The translations under genes and the position numbers were made by a program. From contig JAIMBI010000005.1 of assembly GCA_023565505.1 (NCBI GenBank), positions 67,784 to 131,783 of the forward strand: a stretch of 64,000 nt of DNA, read 5' to 3'. The DNA is from Actinomycetes bacterium (GTDB lineage Bacteria > Bacillota > Sulfobacillia > Sulfobacillales > JAIMBI01). The notes under the pieces were generated by a model. It made no database searches and had not been told where the DNA came from. It was given only the letters and a program-made list of their open reading frames with translations. Positions 47,637 to 57,166 of this stretch are shown piece after piece; the first letter of the stretch is position 1, and each line of letters opens with the position of its first letter.

Positions 47637-48080
47637 TCAGTCCAGGGGGTGCGCCGGCATGAAGTATTCGGCCGTGTCCCACCCGGCGCGGGAGATGACC
47701 CGCTCCATGAGCCGGCGGTCCCGGCCGAGCCAGGCGACCTCCTCGGCGAAGGGCGGCGGCGGCTTGGGCAGGCGGTCGGCGAAGTGGGTGTGGAGCGCGA
47801 TCCGCACCAGGAGGTGCGCCGCCACCCGGTTGGCCTCCGCCACGGTCAGCTCGCTGAACGCCTTGGCCGTCCCGAGCACGGCCGCCGTGACCTCCTCCTC
47901 GGTCACCACGTTGGCCTGCTGCACGGCGTGGTACCGATCCAGGAGATCCTCGAGCTTCTGCTCCTGCTGCGCCGTGAGCGGCTGGTCCTCGTAGCCCCAG
48001 GACCGGATGTAGGCGCTGGACCTCACACTGTTGACCCGGTTGATGGGAGTCACCTCCAGGACGTGGCCCTCCTCGGGCAC
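47637..48080 (-). CDS. Hypothetical protein (147 aa)
   Basis: Non-repetitive product with strongly G/C-biased third codon positions on the minus strand. It lies directly upstream of, and co-directional with, the two-component pair. I recognise no family. The GTG start is uncertain. Confidence 0.55.
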   Translation of the reverse strand: MPEEGHVLEVTPINRVNSVRSSAYIRSWGYEDQPLTAQQEQKLEDLLDRYHAVQQANVVTEEEVTAAVLGTAKAFSELTVAEANRVAAHLLVRIALHTHFADRLPKPPPPFAEEVAWLGRDRRLMERVISRAGWDTAEYFMPAHPLD

Positions 48081-48144
48081 CTCATCTCTATATTGTTAGC
48101 AGAACGGCGCCCCCGCCGCCATGGCCGGTCGGCCGGGTCCCGAC

Positions 48145-48173
48145 TGGCCAAGCGTCCCTGCGGTCGCTATACT
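48145..48173 (+). promoter_or_regulatory. Candidate sigma-A promoter for the superoxide dismutase gene
   Basis: TGGCCA (48145-50), a 17-nt spacer, then TATACT (48168-73). It lies 40 nt upstream of ATG 48213. Confidence 0.3.
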
Positions 48174-48212
48174 GGAGGGCGCGAGACGCTGCCCAGAAGG
48201 CGGAAAAGGGGG

Positions 48213-48818
48213 ATGAACGTGGCAACCGAGCGGAAGTACGCCGAGCTGAAGCCGTCGACGCTCACGATGCGGGGCATCAGCAAGGAAGAGATCGACCAGC
48301 ATTATGGAATCCTGTACAAGGGTTACGTCAATAAACTCAACGAAATTCGCCAGAAGCTCGAAAACGTCGACCTGTCCGCGGCGAACCAAACATACAGCGA
48401 CCTCCGGGGCCTGAAGACGGAGGAGACGTTCGCGCTGAACGGCGCGAAACTCCACGAGTGGTACTTCGACAACCTCGGGGGGCCCGGCGGTAAGGCCCAC
48501 GGCCGCATCCTCGAGCTCATCGAGCGCGACTTCGGCTCCTACGAGCGCTGGGAGGCCGAGTTCAAGGCCATCGGGCTGGCCGTGCGGGGCTGGGTGGTCC
48601 TGGCGTACGACCTGGACGACCAGAAGCTCCACAACTACGGGCAGGACGCGCACAACATCGGGGTGCCCTGGGGGGCCTACCCGCTCCTCATCCTCGACGT
48701 GTACGAGCACGCCTACGGCATCGACTACGGGGTCAAGCGCGCCCCCTACATTGACGCGTTCATGAACAACATCGACTGGGACGAGGTCAACCGGCGCCTC
48801 GCCAAGTACAACATCTGA
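48213..48818 (+). CDS. Fe/Mn-family superoxide dismutase
   Basis: ATG 48213 follows AAAGGGGG. Metal ligands occur in context: EIDQHYG..Y, LHEWYF, LDVYEHAYGIDY (D-x-[WY]-E-H-A-Y). Confidence 0.82.
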   Translation: MNVATERKYAELKPSTLTMRGISKEEIDQHYGILYKGYVNKLNEIRQKLENVDLSAANQTYSDLRGLKTEETFALNGAKLHEWYFDNLGGPGGKAHGRILELIERDFGSYERWEAEFKAIGLAVRGWVVLAYDLDDQKLHNYGQDAHNIGVPWGAYPLLILDVYEHAYGIDYGVKRAPYIDAFMNNIDWDEVNRRLAKYNI

Positions 48819-48837
48819 CCGTCCGCGGGGGGACGGG

Positions 48838-48871
48838 GCGGGGCGGGGACGATCCCGCCCCGCATTTTTTT
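48838..48871 (+). terminator. Intrinsic terminator after the superoxide dismutase gene
   Basis: GCGGGGCGGG-gacgau-CCCGCCCCGC: a perfect 10-bp stem followed by A and a T7 run (48865-71). Confidence 0.75.
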
Positions 48872-49007
48872 GCGGGCCCGCGCGGATCGGGGGACCGGGG
48901 GGAATTGCCGGGGGACGTGCCGAATGGGACCCGCGTCCCGCGCCGGGACACGCCCGACGCGGCAAGCCATGCGGCCGGTCCCGGGACCTGGCCGGCGGGA
49001 GGGATGC

Positions 49008-49436
49008 ATGTTGGCCGAGGTGTTCGAGAAGGCGAGCGTGAGCACGGAGCTGGCGCACCGGATGATCCAGGCGGCGGAGGCCAAGGCGAAGGCGCTCGGC
49101 AAGGCGTTCGTCATCGCCATCGTGGACGAGAGCGGCGTGCTGAAGGCGTTCTCCCGGATGGACGGGGCCCCCCTGCTGAGCGTGCAGGTGGCGCAGGACA
49201 AGGCCTACACCGCAGCCGGATTCGGCCTGTCCACGGACGGGTGGTACGAGTTCATCAAGAACGATCCCCCTCTGGCGGCGGGGGCCACCACCGGCATCCA
49301 CCGGCTGGTGGTGTTCGGCGGCGGTTATCCTATCCGGGTGGGGGACCGCGTCGTCGGGGGGATCGGCGTGAGCGGCGGACACTACACCGAGGACATGGAG
49401 GTTGCCCAGGCCGGCCTCGCCGTGGTCGGGAGCTGA
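49008..49436 (+). CDS. GlcG/HbpS-like heme-binding (DUF336) protein
   Basis: ATG 49008 follows GGGAGGGA. 142 aa. Motifs: AIVDESGVLKAFSRMDGA, AQDKAYTAA, GGYPI...GGIGVSGG. Confidence 0.8.
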   Translation: MLAEVFEKASVSTELAHRMIQAAEAKAKALGKAFVIAIVDESGVLKAFSRMDGAPLLSVQVAQDKAYTAAGFGLSTDGWYEFIKNDPPLAAGATTGIHRLVVFGGGYPIRVGDRVVGGIGVSGGHYTEDMEVAQAGLAVVGS

Positions 49437-49449
49437 CCGGGGCGGCGGC

Positions 49450-49479
49450 GCGCGGGGCGGGCGGTGGTCCGCCCCGCGC
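49450..49479. terminator. Shared hairpin between convergent genes (possible bidirectional terminator)
   Basis: GCGCGGGGCGG-gcgguggu-CCGCCCCGCGC: a perfect 11-bp GC stem between the stops at 49436 (+) and 49480 (-). No U-tract. Confidence 0.4.
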
Positions 49480-50004
49480 TCAGTGGGCGATCTGCCAGAC
49501 GTAGGCGGCCACCTGGTTCGCCTCGGTCGTCGTCAGCGTCCCCGGCGCGTTCGCGGGCATGTTGTGGTGGATGAAGGCGGCCAGCTGGGCCTCGGTCGGG
49601 AAGGTGGAGGCCACCGGGCTGGGTTTGGCCAGACGCGGGGCGCTGGCGGTTCCGGTGCCGTTCGGACCGTGGCAGCTCTGGCAGCGGGCCTGATACAGGG
49701 TGGCGCCGGCAGCCACCGGCGAGGGCGGGGGCGTGCCGGTGGCCTGGCGCTTGACCGCCCCGGTGCCGGACCGCGCCTGGTTTCTGGCCGCCTCGCCGGT
49801 GCGGCGGGCGGCCTCGCCGGCCTGGTTGGCCGTACTGGTCGCCTGCTGCTCGCCCCGGCGCACGTTCTGACCGGTCTTCTGCTTGGTCTCGTTGGCCAGG
49901 TGCTGGGGGGCCGGGGCGGAAAACCACGTGCAGCCGGCCGTCGTCGCCGCGAGGACGGCGAGGACCGCCCAGCGCGCCGCCCGGCCGGGTCCCGTCTTGC
50001 CCAT
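49480..50004 (-). CDS. Class I c-type cytochrome lipoprotein
   Basis: ATG 50004. Lipobox LAATTAGC, a low-complexity linker, a single heme motif CQSCH and a distal Met region (FIHHNMP). Confidence 0.8.
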   Translation of the reverse strand: MGKTGPGRAARWAVLAVLAATTAGCTWFSAPAPQHLANETKQKTGQNVRRGEQQATSTANQAGEAARRTGEAARNQARSGTGAVKRQATGTPPPSPVAAGATLYQARCQSCHGPNGTGTASAPRLAKPSPVASTFPTEAQLAAFIHHNMPANAPGTLTTTEANQVAAYVWQIAH

Positions 50005-50125
50005 GTGTGTCCTGCCTCCCTGGTGCGTCCTGCCGCTAGTATCTCCGGCGCATCCCGCCCCATGCGCGCCGCGGGCCGCGGGCCGGGCGCGGTATAATAG
50101 GCCAAAAGACGCGGAGGCCAGAGGC

Positions 50126-50671
50126 ATGGACGTGTTGCCGCTGGAGCTCAAGACCCGGATCGACCGCGAACACATCCGCGAGGGCCGCCTGTTCGGCGCC
50201 CTGCCGGCCGCGGCGCTGTCCCCCGAGAACCAGGCGGAACTGGTCAAGCGGGGGTGGACGCTCAAGGCCTACGAGGACCGCACGGTCCTCCTGCCGCCCG
50301 AGACCACCGTGGAATGGGACCGCGTGCTCGCCGTCTTCCGCGACAACCTGCTGCACCGCGCCGCGCACCGCCTCCCCCGCGGCCTGCCGCTCGCGCCCGA
50401 CGCGCAGGCCATCATGGAGGAAGTCATCGCGTCCACCTGGGAGCAGCGCGAGGAGCAGCTCCGCGTGGTGCTGTCGGCGTTCGCGTTCGCCTCGCTCCTG
50501 CCCCGGCCGGAGGGCCACACGGACCGGCGCGTGGAGAGTTTCGAGACCTTCTACTTCTACACCCAGGCCATGAAGCGCGCGGCGGAGCTCGCCGTCGCGG
50601 AGGCCGCCAAGGCCCCCGAGGACGACGACGAGGTCTGGGCCATGGTGGAGGCGGTCGCCGAGCGGTCCTGA
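50126..50671 (+). CDS. Hypothetical protein (181 aa)
   Basis: ATG 50126 follows GGAGGCCAGAGG. Non-repetitive product with an acidic C-terminus. I recognise no family. Confidence 0.55.
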   Translation: MDVLPLELKTRIDREHIREGRLFGALPAAALSPENQAELVKRGWTLKAYEDRTVLLPPETTVEWDRVLAVFRDNLLHRAAHRLPRGLPLAPDAQAIMEEVIASTWEQREEQLRVVLSAFAFASLLPRPEGHTDRRVESFETFYFYTQAMKRAAELAVAEAAKAPEDDDEVWAMVEAVAERS

Positions 50672-50822
50672 GCCGTGCGCCGGCTCCACCGGCCCCGGCG
50701 GCGCGGGACGGCGACGCCCCGCGCCCGGCTTCCCGTTGCCCGGCCCGTTGACGGGCCTGTCCGCGAGCCCCAAAATGAACACGGGTTCAGGTGAACGGCG
50801 GTTCATTACGGGGGGTGGCAGG

Positions 50823-51638
50823 GTGATCGCCTGGGAACTGGTCCATCGGTACGAGGACGTCATTTTCGAACGCCGCGGCGCGATCGCCAAGATCACCATC
50901 AATCGGCCGGAGGTGCGCAACGCCTTCCGTCCTCAGACGCTGTTCGAGCTGTCGGACGCGTTCCACCGGGTCCACGAGGACCCCACGCTGGGCGTGGCCA
51001 TCCTGACGGGGCAGGGGACCCAGGCGTTCTGTTCCGGGGGCGACCAGAAGATCCGGGGCGACGCCGGCTACCTCGACGCGGAGGGCGTGCCGCGGCTCAA
51101 CGTGCTGGAGCTGCAGCGGCAGATCCGGTCGCTGCCCAAGCCGGTGATCGCGATGGTGGCCGGATACGCCATCGGGGGCGGACACGTGCTCCACATGGTC
51201 TGCGACCTGACCATCGCGGCCGACAACGCCGTCTTCGGGCAGACGGGCCCCAAGGTGGGCAGCTTCGACGGCGGCTTCGGGGTCGGCCTCATGGCGCGGA
51301 TGATCGGGCTCAAGAAGGCCAAGGAGATGTGGTTCCTCTGCCGCCAGTACACGGCCCAGCAGGCGCTCGAGATGGGGCTGGTGAACGCGGTGGTGCCCCT
51401 CGAGCGCCTGGAGGAAGAAACCGTGGCGTGGTGCGAAGAGATCCTGGAAAAGAGTCCCATGGCCATCCGCTTCCTCAAGATGGCCTTCAACGCCGACGCC
51501 GACGGCCTGGTGGGGCTGCAGCAGCTCGCGGGGGACATGACCATGCTGTACTACATGACCCCGGAGGCGCAGGAAGGGCGGAACGCCTTCGTCGAGAAGC
51601 GCAAGCCCGACTTCTCCCGCTTCCGTCGGCTGCCCTAG
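50823..51638 (+). CDS. menB: 1,4-dihydroxy-2-naphthoyl-CoA synthase
   Basis: Crotonase fold with MenB-specific blocks: [67 protein letters not shown] 50823. Confidence 0.92.
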   Translation: MIAWELVHRYEDVIFERRGAIAKITINRPEVRNAFRPQTLFELSDAFHRVHEDPTLGVAILTGQGTQAFCSGGDQKIRGDAGYLDAEGVPRLNVLELQRQIRSLPKPVIAMVAGYAIGGGHVLHMVCDLTIAADNAVFGQTGPKVGSFDGGFGVGLMARMIGLKKAKEMWFLCRQYTAQQALEMGLVNAVVPLERLEEETVAWCEEILEKSPMAIRFLKMAFNADADGLVGLQQLAGDMTMLYYMTPEAQEGRNAFVEKRKPDFSRFRRLP

Positions 51639-51644
51639 GCCGCC

Positions 51645-53120
51645 ATGGAGTGGGACTGGGTGCGGCAGCAGGCCGCCCGGGCCCCCGAGCGGCTGGCCCT
51701 GGTCGAGGATGACCGGATCCTGTCCTATACGGCGCTCGACGACCGGGTGGCCCGCGCGGTGGGGTGGCTCCGGGCCCGCGGGGCGGCCCCGGGGGACCGG
51801 GTCGCGGTGCATCTGCCGGCGGGGTCGGCCTGGGTGGAACTGCTCTTCGCCCTGGTCCGGCTCCGGGCGACCCTGGTCCCGCTCAACCTCCGCCTGACGG
51901 CGGCGGAGCTCGGCCGGATCCTGGCCGACGCCGAGCCGGCGCTCGTCGTGACCGACGCCGCCGGCCGCCCGACGGTGGCCGCGGCCTGGACCGGCCGCAC
52001 GGCCGTGGTCGAGGATCCCGGGGGGGGCTGGGACGCCGAGCCGGCCGAGGGCCCGGCCGGTCCGCCCGACGGGGAGGACCTGCAGAGCATCGTCTACACA
52101 TCGGGGACCACCGGTACCCCCAAGGGCGCCCGGATCCGGCTCGCCCAGCACTTCTGGGGCGCCTTGGGGTCGATGCTCCGGCTCGGGCACCTGCCCGACG
52201 ACGTGTGGCTCCTGTGCATGCCGCCGTATCACGTCGGCGGCCAGGCCATCCTCTTTCGCGCCGCCCTGGCGGGCACCGCGGTGGTCGTCCATCCCCGCTT
52301 CGACGCCAAACGGGTGGCGGCGGCCCTGGGCGACGGGTCGGTGACCCTGGTCTCGCTCGTGCCTACCATGCTGCGGCGCGTGCTCGACGAGCTGCCCGGC
52401 CCCGTTTCGCCGCGCCTCCGGGTGGTGCTGCTCGGCGGGAGCGCGGCGCCGCCCGCCCTGGTGCAGGAAGCCCGGGGGCGGGGCCTGCCGGTCCGCCTGA
52501 CCTACGGCCTGACGGAGACCGCGTCGCAACTGGCCACCGAGGGGCTCGACGAGATGGCGCCCGCGGGCGCGTCGGGGCGCCCCCTGGCGTTCGCGGAGGT
52601 GGCCGTGGGTCCCGAGGACGGCAGCCCGGGACGGCTGCCGCCGGGGGTGCCGGGCGAGATCCTGGCCCGCGGTCCCCAGGTCACGGACGGCTACTGGCGC
52701 CGGGACGAGCCGGACCGGTTCGCCCCGGGCGGGTGGCTCCGGACGGGGGACCTGGGCTGGCTCGACGAGCGCGGGTGGCTGTACGTCCTCGACCGGCGGG
52801 TGGACCTCATCGTGTCGGGCGGCGAGAACGTGTACCCCGCCGAGGTGGAGGCGGCCCTCGCGGCGCATCCGGCCGTCGCGGGGGCCGCGGTGGTGGCCCG
52901 GGCGGATCCGGAGTGGGGCCAGGTGCCCGTCGCGTTCGTGGTGCGCCGGCCGGACGCCGCCGTCACGGAGGCGGAACTGCTGGCCTTTGCGCGCGGGCGC
53001 CTGGCGGGCTACAAGGTGCCCCGCCGGGTGTGGTTCGTCGAGGCGCTGCCGCTGACGGGCAGCGGGAAGATCGCCCGCCATCGGCTCCGGGCGGAGGTGG
53101 AGGCGGGACGGTGGGCATGA
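51645..53120 (+). CDS. menE: o-Succinylbenzoate--CoA ligase
   Basis: Adenylate-forming motifs (YTSGTTGTPKG, YGLTET, GWLRTGDLG, SGGENVYPAEVE, GSGKI), with operon context between menB and menA. Confidence 0.85.
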   Translation: MEWDWVRQQAARAPERLALVEDDRILSYTALDDRVARAVGWLRARGAAPGDRVAVHLPAGSAWVELLFALVRLRATLVPLNLRLTAAELGRILADAEPALVVTDAAGRPTVAAAWTGRTAVVEDPGGGWDAEPAEGPAGPPDGEDLQSIVYTSGTTGTPKGARIRLAQHFWGALGSMLRLGHLPDDVWLLCMPPYHVGGQAILFRAALAGTAVVVHPRFDAKRVAAALGDGSVTLVSLVPTMLRRVLDELPGPVSPRLRVVLLGGSAAPPALVQEARGRGLPVRLTYGLTETASQLATEGLDEMAPAGASGRPLAFAEVAVGPEDGSPGRLPPGVPGEILARGPQVTDGYWRRDEPDRFAPGGWLRTGDLGWLDERGWLYVLDRRVDLIVSGGENVYPAEVEAALAAHPAVAGAAVVARADPEWGQVPVAFVVRRPDAAVTEAELLAFARGRLAGYKVPRRVWFVEALPLTGSGKIARHRLRAEVEAGRWA

Positions 53121-53995
53121 CCCTGGCCGACTGGTGGCGCCTGGCCCGGCCGCCGACGCTGGCGGCCACCCTGGCGCCCGTGGCGGTGGGGACGGCGGCC
53201 GCCGCGCTGGCCGGACCGGTCAGCCCCGCGTGGACCCTCGTCATGCTGGTCGTGGGGCTTTTGCTCCAGATCGCGACCAACATGACCAACGAGTACGCCG
53301 ACTACGCCCGCGGCGTGGACGACCGCGAGTCGGTCGGCATCGCGGGGGTCATCGTGAGCGGGCGCCATGCGCCCGCGACCGTCCGGGCCTGGGCGTACGG
53401 CACGTATGCGGCGGCCTTCGTCCTCGGTCTCGCGCTGGTGGCGGCGCGGGGCCTGGTGCTCCTCCTCCTCGGCCTGGGCGCCATTCTGGCGGGGTTCCTC
53501 TACAACGCCGGGCCGCGGCCGTTGTCGGCCACGCCGCTCGGCGAGGCGCTGGTGTTCGTGGTGATGGGGCCGGTCGAGGTCCTGGCGAGCGAGATCGCGG
53601 CCGGCGGGCGCGTCACGGCGGCGGGCGCGGTCGCCTCGGTGGCTGTCGGGTTCCTGGTCGCCGCCATCCTGACGGCCAACAACCTGCGCGACTTGGACCA
53701 GGACCGGGCCCGGGGCCGGCGGACCCTGGTCATCCGCCTGGGGCGTACCGCCGGCTTCCGGTTCCTCGTCGCCCTGGTCGCTGCCGGGATGGGGTGGGCG
53801 CCCCTCGCGGCGGCCCTCGGCTGGCTGCCGCTCCCGGCGGCCGCGCCGCTTTTGGCGGTGCCCTGGGCGTGGCGCGCCCTGGAGCGGCTCCGGGAGCCGG
53901 GCGCCCTCCGCCGGGGCGTGCTGGTCGTGGGACGGATCCATCTGGTCACGGCGTTCTTGTTGGGGGCCGGGCTCGCGGCGGCGGCCGTCGTCTAG
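53117..53995 (+). CDS. menA: 1,4-dihydroxy-2-naphthoate polyprenyltransferase
   Basis: ATG 53117 overlaps the menE stop (ATGA). UbiA-type TM protein with NEYADYARGVD and NNLRDLDQDR Asp-rich motifs. Confidence 0.88.
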   Translation: MTLADWWRLARPPTLAATLAPVAVGTAAAALAGPVSPAWTLVMLVVGLLLQIATNMTNEYADYARGVDDRESVGIAGVIVSGRHAPATVRAWAYGTYAAAFVLGLALVAARGLVLLLLGLGAILAGFLYNAGPRPLSATPLGEALVFVVMGPVEVLASEIAAGGRVTAAGAVASVAVGFLVAAILTANNLRDLDQDRARGRRTLVIRLGRTAGFRFLVALVAAGMGWAPLAAALGWLPLPAAAPLLAVPWAWRALERLREPGALRRGVLVVGRIHLVTAFLLGAGLAAAAVV

Positions 53996-54026
53996 GCGGC
54001 CGGGAGCCGGTGGGGAGGCCGGGAGC

Positions 54027-55520
54027 ATGCGGACGGGGGACAGAGCGACGCGCCGGACCGTGAGGGACGGCCGCGGAGGGATGGTCGGCCTGGCGGCGGC
54101 GGTGGCGGCAGAGGCGGTGGCGCGGGCCCGGAGGGCGGGTCGGCCCGTGGTCCACGCCCGGGCCGTCCCCGTCGACCCGCGCGTCGGCGACGTGTGGTTC
54201 CGGTGGTTGACCGGGGCCCGGGCCCTGGCCTGGGTCTTCGCCGCGCCCGGCGGCGACCGGGCGGTGGGCGTGGGGGCGGCTGGCCGCTGGACGTCCGCGG
54301 GACCGGACGCGCTGGGCGCCATGGCGTCCGCCTGGCGAACGCTCGCGCAGGACCCGGCGCTGCCCCGCGCCGTGCGCCTGGGCGGGGGCTGGGCCTTCGC
54401 GCCGGAGGCGGCGCCGGACGGGCCGTGGGCCGGTTTCCCGGCGGTCGGCTTCGTGCTGCCGGCGCTCATGCTCGAGTGCCGCGCCGGCCGCTGGACCCTG
54501 GTGGCGGCGGTGCGGGCCCGGCCGGAGGAGGCCGCGTCGGTGGTGGCCGCGCGCCTGGCGGCGGCGTGGCGGCCCCGAGCCCGACCCGGCGAGCCGCGGC
54601 GGGTGGTCGGGGCCCGCTTCGTGCCGCCGGCGTCGGCGTTCACGGCCGCCGTCCGGGACGCCGTGGCGGCCATCGCCGCCGGGCGGCTCGCCAAGGTGGT
54701 CCTGGCGCGGTCGGTGGAGCTGGCCTTCGACGGGCCGCTGGCCGCCCACGCCGTGTGGCGGAGCCTGGCCGCCCTCTATCCCGACGCGTATCGGTTCGGC
54801 GTGTGGTACGGCGACGCGGCGTTCCTCGGTGCCACGCCGGAGGTGCTGGTGCGCACGGAGGGAGGCCGCGTCGAGACGATGAGTCTGGCCGGGACGGCGC
54901 CGGCCGACCGGCCCCCGTCGGTGCTCCGGGCCAGCGTCAAGGACCGGGAGGAGCACGCCGTGGTGCGGGACGCGGTGGTGGCGAGCCTGGGCACGGTCAC
55001 GGCGGGCGGGGTCGCCGTCGGGGCCCCGCGGGTCGTCGGCGGCCGCTTCGTGCAGCACCTGCTCACCCCCGTGGCGGGACGCCTGGCGGCCGGCCGGACC
55101 ATCTGGGACGCGGCGGCGGCGCTGCACCCCACGCCCGCGGTGGGGGGCGCCCCGGCGGCGGAGGCCGGGGCGTGGATCCGGACGCACGAAGGGTGGCCCC
55201 GGGGCTGGTACGCCGGGGCGGTGGGCACGGTGGACCTGGCGGGGGACGGCTTTCTGGTGGTGGCGCTCCGGTCGGCGCTGGTGCGCGGCGCCGCGGCGAC
55301 CCTGTTCGCCGGGGCGGGCGTGGTGGCGCGGTCGGTCCCGGAGCGGGAACTGGAGGAGACAAGTTGGAAGATGTTGCCCATGTTGACCGCGCTCGCGGCA
55401 GCGACCGCCCCGGGCCGCGGGCCGGGTTCGACCCGGATCCGGGCTACCCGGCGGCGCTGGGCCGGTGGGTCGAAGCGCTGGTGGCGGGGTTGGTGGCCGG
55501 AGGCGCGGACCGAGCGGTAA
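54027..55520 (+). CDS. menF: Isochorismate synthase
   Basis: Chorismate-binding blocks: KVVLAR, FLGATPE, DREEHAVV, LHPTPAVGG, RGWYAGAVG, AGAGVVARSVPERELEET. The start is uncertain (54027/54081). The last ~40 codons overlap menD. Confidence 0.85.
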   Translation: MRTGDRATRRTVRDGRGGMVGLAAAVAAEAVARARRAGRPVVHARAVPVDPRVGDVWFRWLTGARALAWVFAAPGGDRAVGVGAAGRWTSAGPDALGAMASAWRTLAQDPALPRAVRLGGGWAFAPEAAPDGPWAGFPAVGFVLPALMLECRAGRWTLVAAVRARPEEAASVVAARLAAAWRPRARPGEPRRVVGARFVPPASAFTAAVRDAVAAIAAGRLAKVVLARSVELAFDGPLAAHAVWRSLAALYPDAYRFGVWYGDAAFLGATPEVLVRTEGGRVETMSLAGTAPADRPPSVLRASVKDREEHAVVRDAVVASLGTVTAGGVAVGAPRVVGGRFVQHLLTPVAGRLAAGRTIWDAAAALHPTPAVGGAPAAEAGAWIRTHEGWPRGWYAGAVGTVDLAGDGFLVVALRSALVRGAAATLFAGAGVVARSVPERELEETSWKMLPMLTALAAATAPGRGPGSTRIRATRRRWAGGSKRWWRGWWPEARTER

Positions 55521-57166
55521 TCTGCCCCGGGTCCCGCTCGACCCCGCTTGCCCTGGGCCTCTTGCGCCACCCCCGGATGCGGGTGCGGATGCACTACGAC
55601 GAGCGGTCGGCCGCCTACTTCGCGCTCGGCTGGGCCCGGGCGCGGCGGCGTCCCACCGTGGTGCTGGCCACATCGGGTACCGCGGTGGCCAACTTCCTGC
55701 CGGCGGTGGTCGAGGCGCACTACAGCCACGTCCCCTTGGTGCTGCTCACCGCCGACCGGCCGCCGGAACTGTGGGACGCCGGGGCGGCCCAGACCATCCA
55801 CCAGGTGGGGATCTTCGGGCCCCACGTCAAGTGGGCGGCCTCGCTGCCCACGCCCGCGGACCACGACGCCTTGGCCCGGCATGGGGCCCTGGCCGGCCGG
55901 CGGGCGGCGGAGACGGCCCGGACCGGCCCCGCGGGTCCGGTGCACCTGAACGTCCCCCTGCGCGAGCCGCTGGTGCCCGTGTTCGGGGGCGACGCCGGGC
56001 GGGCCGTCCACCCGCCGGAGGTGTTCGGAGGCCCGCCCCCCGCCGCCGTGCCGGCGGGATTGGCCGAACGCCTCGAGGGCTCCGGTCCCGGGATCCTGGT
56101 GGCCGGGGCGTCGGACCTTAAAGATGCCTGGCCGGCGCTCAAGGCCCTGTCGGTCGCCCTCGGCTGGCCCATCCTGGCCGATCCCCTCTCCAACCTGCGC
56201 ACCGTTGCGGACCCCGATGGCCGGATCATCAGTCGGTACGACCTCCTGCTGCGCGGTCCGGCCCGGACGGTCCTGACCCCGGCGGTCGCGGTGCGCTTCG
56301 GCGCGCCCCCGACGTCGAAGGTGCTCAACACGTGGCTCGAGAGCATCCCCACCTGGGTCGTGGACCCCGAAGGCGGCTTCCGCGACCCCACCCTCGGGGC
56401 CGTGGCGTTCTGGACCGGGGGGCCGCCGGCCGCCGCGCCGGCCGCCGCGGTGCGGGACGGCCGGTGGCTGGCGCGCTGGCAGGCGGCCGAACGGCTGGCC
56501 GACGACGCGCTCCGCTCGGCGTTGGGGGAGATCGGGGCGGCGGCGCCGGGGTTCGAGGGACTGTGGTACCCGCGGCTCGAAGCCCCCTGGGCCCGGGGGC
56601 TGGCTGTGATGGTCGGGAACAGCATGCCCGTGCGGGACCTGGACAGTTTCTTCGGCCGGGCGGCCGGCGGCCCCCGGTTCTGGGGGAACCGGGGGGCGAT
56701 GGGGATCGACGGGGTGCTGTCGACCGGGCTCGGTCTCGCTGCGGAAGGGCAGCGGGTGCTCGTGATCCTCGGCGACCTGTCCTTCTTCCACGACCAGAAC
56801 GGGTTGCTGGCGGCGCGGTTGGGACGGCTCGACGCCACGGTGGTGGTGGTCCACAACGACGGCGGCGGCATCTTCTCCTTCCTGCCGCAGCGCGCCCTGG
56901 ACCCCGGGACCTTCGAGACGCTGTTCGGGACGCCGCACGGGCTGGACTTCGAGGGGACGGCCCGCACCTACGGCCTGCCCTTCCGGCGGGTGACGCACGT
57001 GGACGAGCTGGAGGCGGCGGTGCGGGCCACGCTCGGCCAACCCGGCACCCACCTCGTGGAATGGCGGGTGCTGCCCCGGGACGACAACGTCCGCCGGCAC
57101 GACGAGGTGGCGCAGGCGGTGGCGCGGGCCGTCACGGCGGAGGCGGTCGGGGATGCCGTGGTTTGA
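55364..57166 (+). CDS. menD: SEPHCHC synthase (2-succinyl-5-enolpyruvyl-6-hydroxy-3-cyclohexene-1-carboxylate synthase)
   Basis: TTG 55364 lies 5 nt after GGAGGAG and is the only in-frame start upstream of the conserved N-terminus (RWVEALVAGLVAGGADRAVICPGSRSTPL). ThDP motif GDLSFFHDQNGL...NDGGGIF. Confidence 0.88.
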   Translation: MEDVAHVDRARGSDRPGPRAGFDPDPGYPAALGRWVEALVAGLVAGGADRAVICPGSRSTPLALGLLRHPRMRVRMHYDERSAAYFALGWARARRRPTVVLATSGTAVANFLPAVVEAHYSHVPLVLLTADRPPELWDAGAAQTIHQVGIFGPHVKWAASLPTPADHDALARHGALAGRRAAETARTGPAGPVHLNVPLREPLVPVFGGDAGRAVHPPEVFGGPPPAAVPAGLAERLEGSGPGILVAGASDLKDAWPALKALSVALGWPILADPLSNLRTVADPDGRIISRYDLLLRGPARTVLTPAVAVRFGAPPTSKVLNTWLESIPTWVVDPEGGFRDPTLGAVAFWTGGPPAAAPAAAVRDGRWLARWQAAERLADDALRSALGEIGAAAPGFEGLWYPRLEAPWARGLAVMVGNSMPVRDLDSFFGRAAGGPRFWGNRGAMGIDGVLSTGLGLAAEGQRVLVILGDLSFFHDQNGLLAARLGRLDATVVVVHNDGGGIFSFLPQRALDPGTFETLFGTPHGLDFEGTARTYGLPFRRVTHVDELEAAVRATLGQPGTHLVEWRVLPRDDNVRRHDEVAQAVARAVTAEAVGDAVV

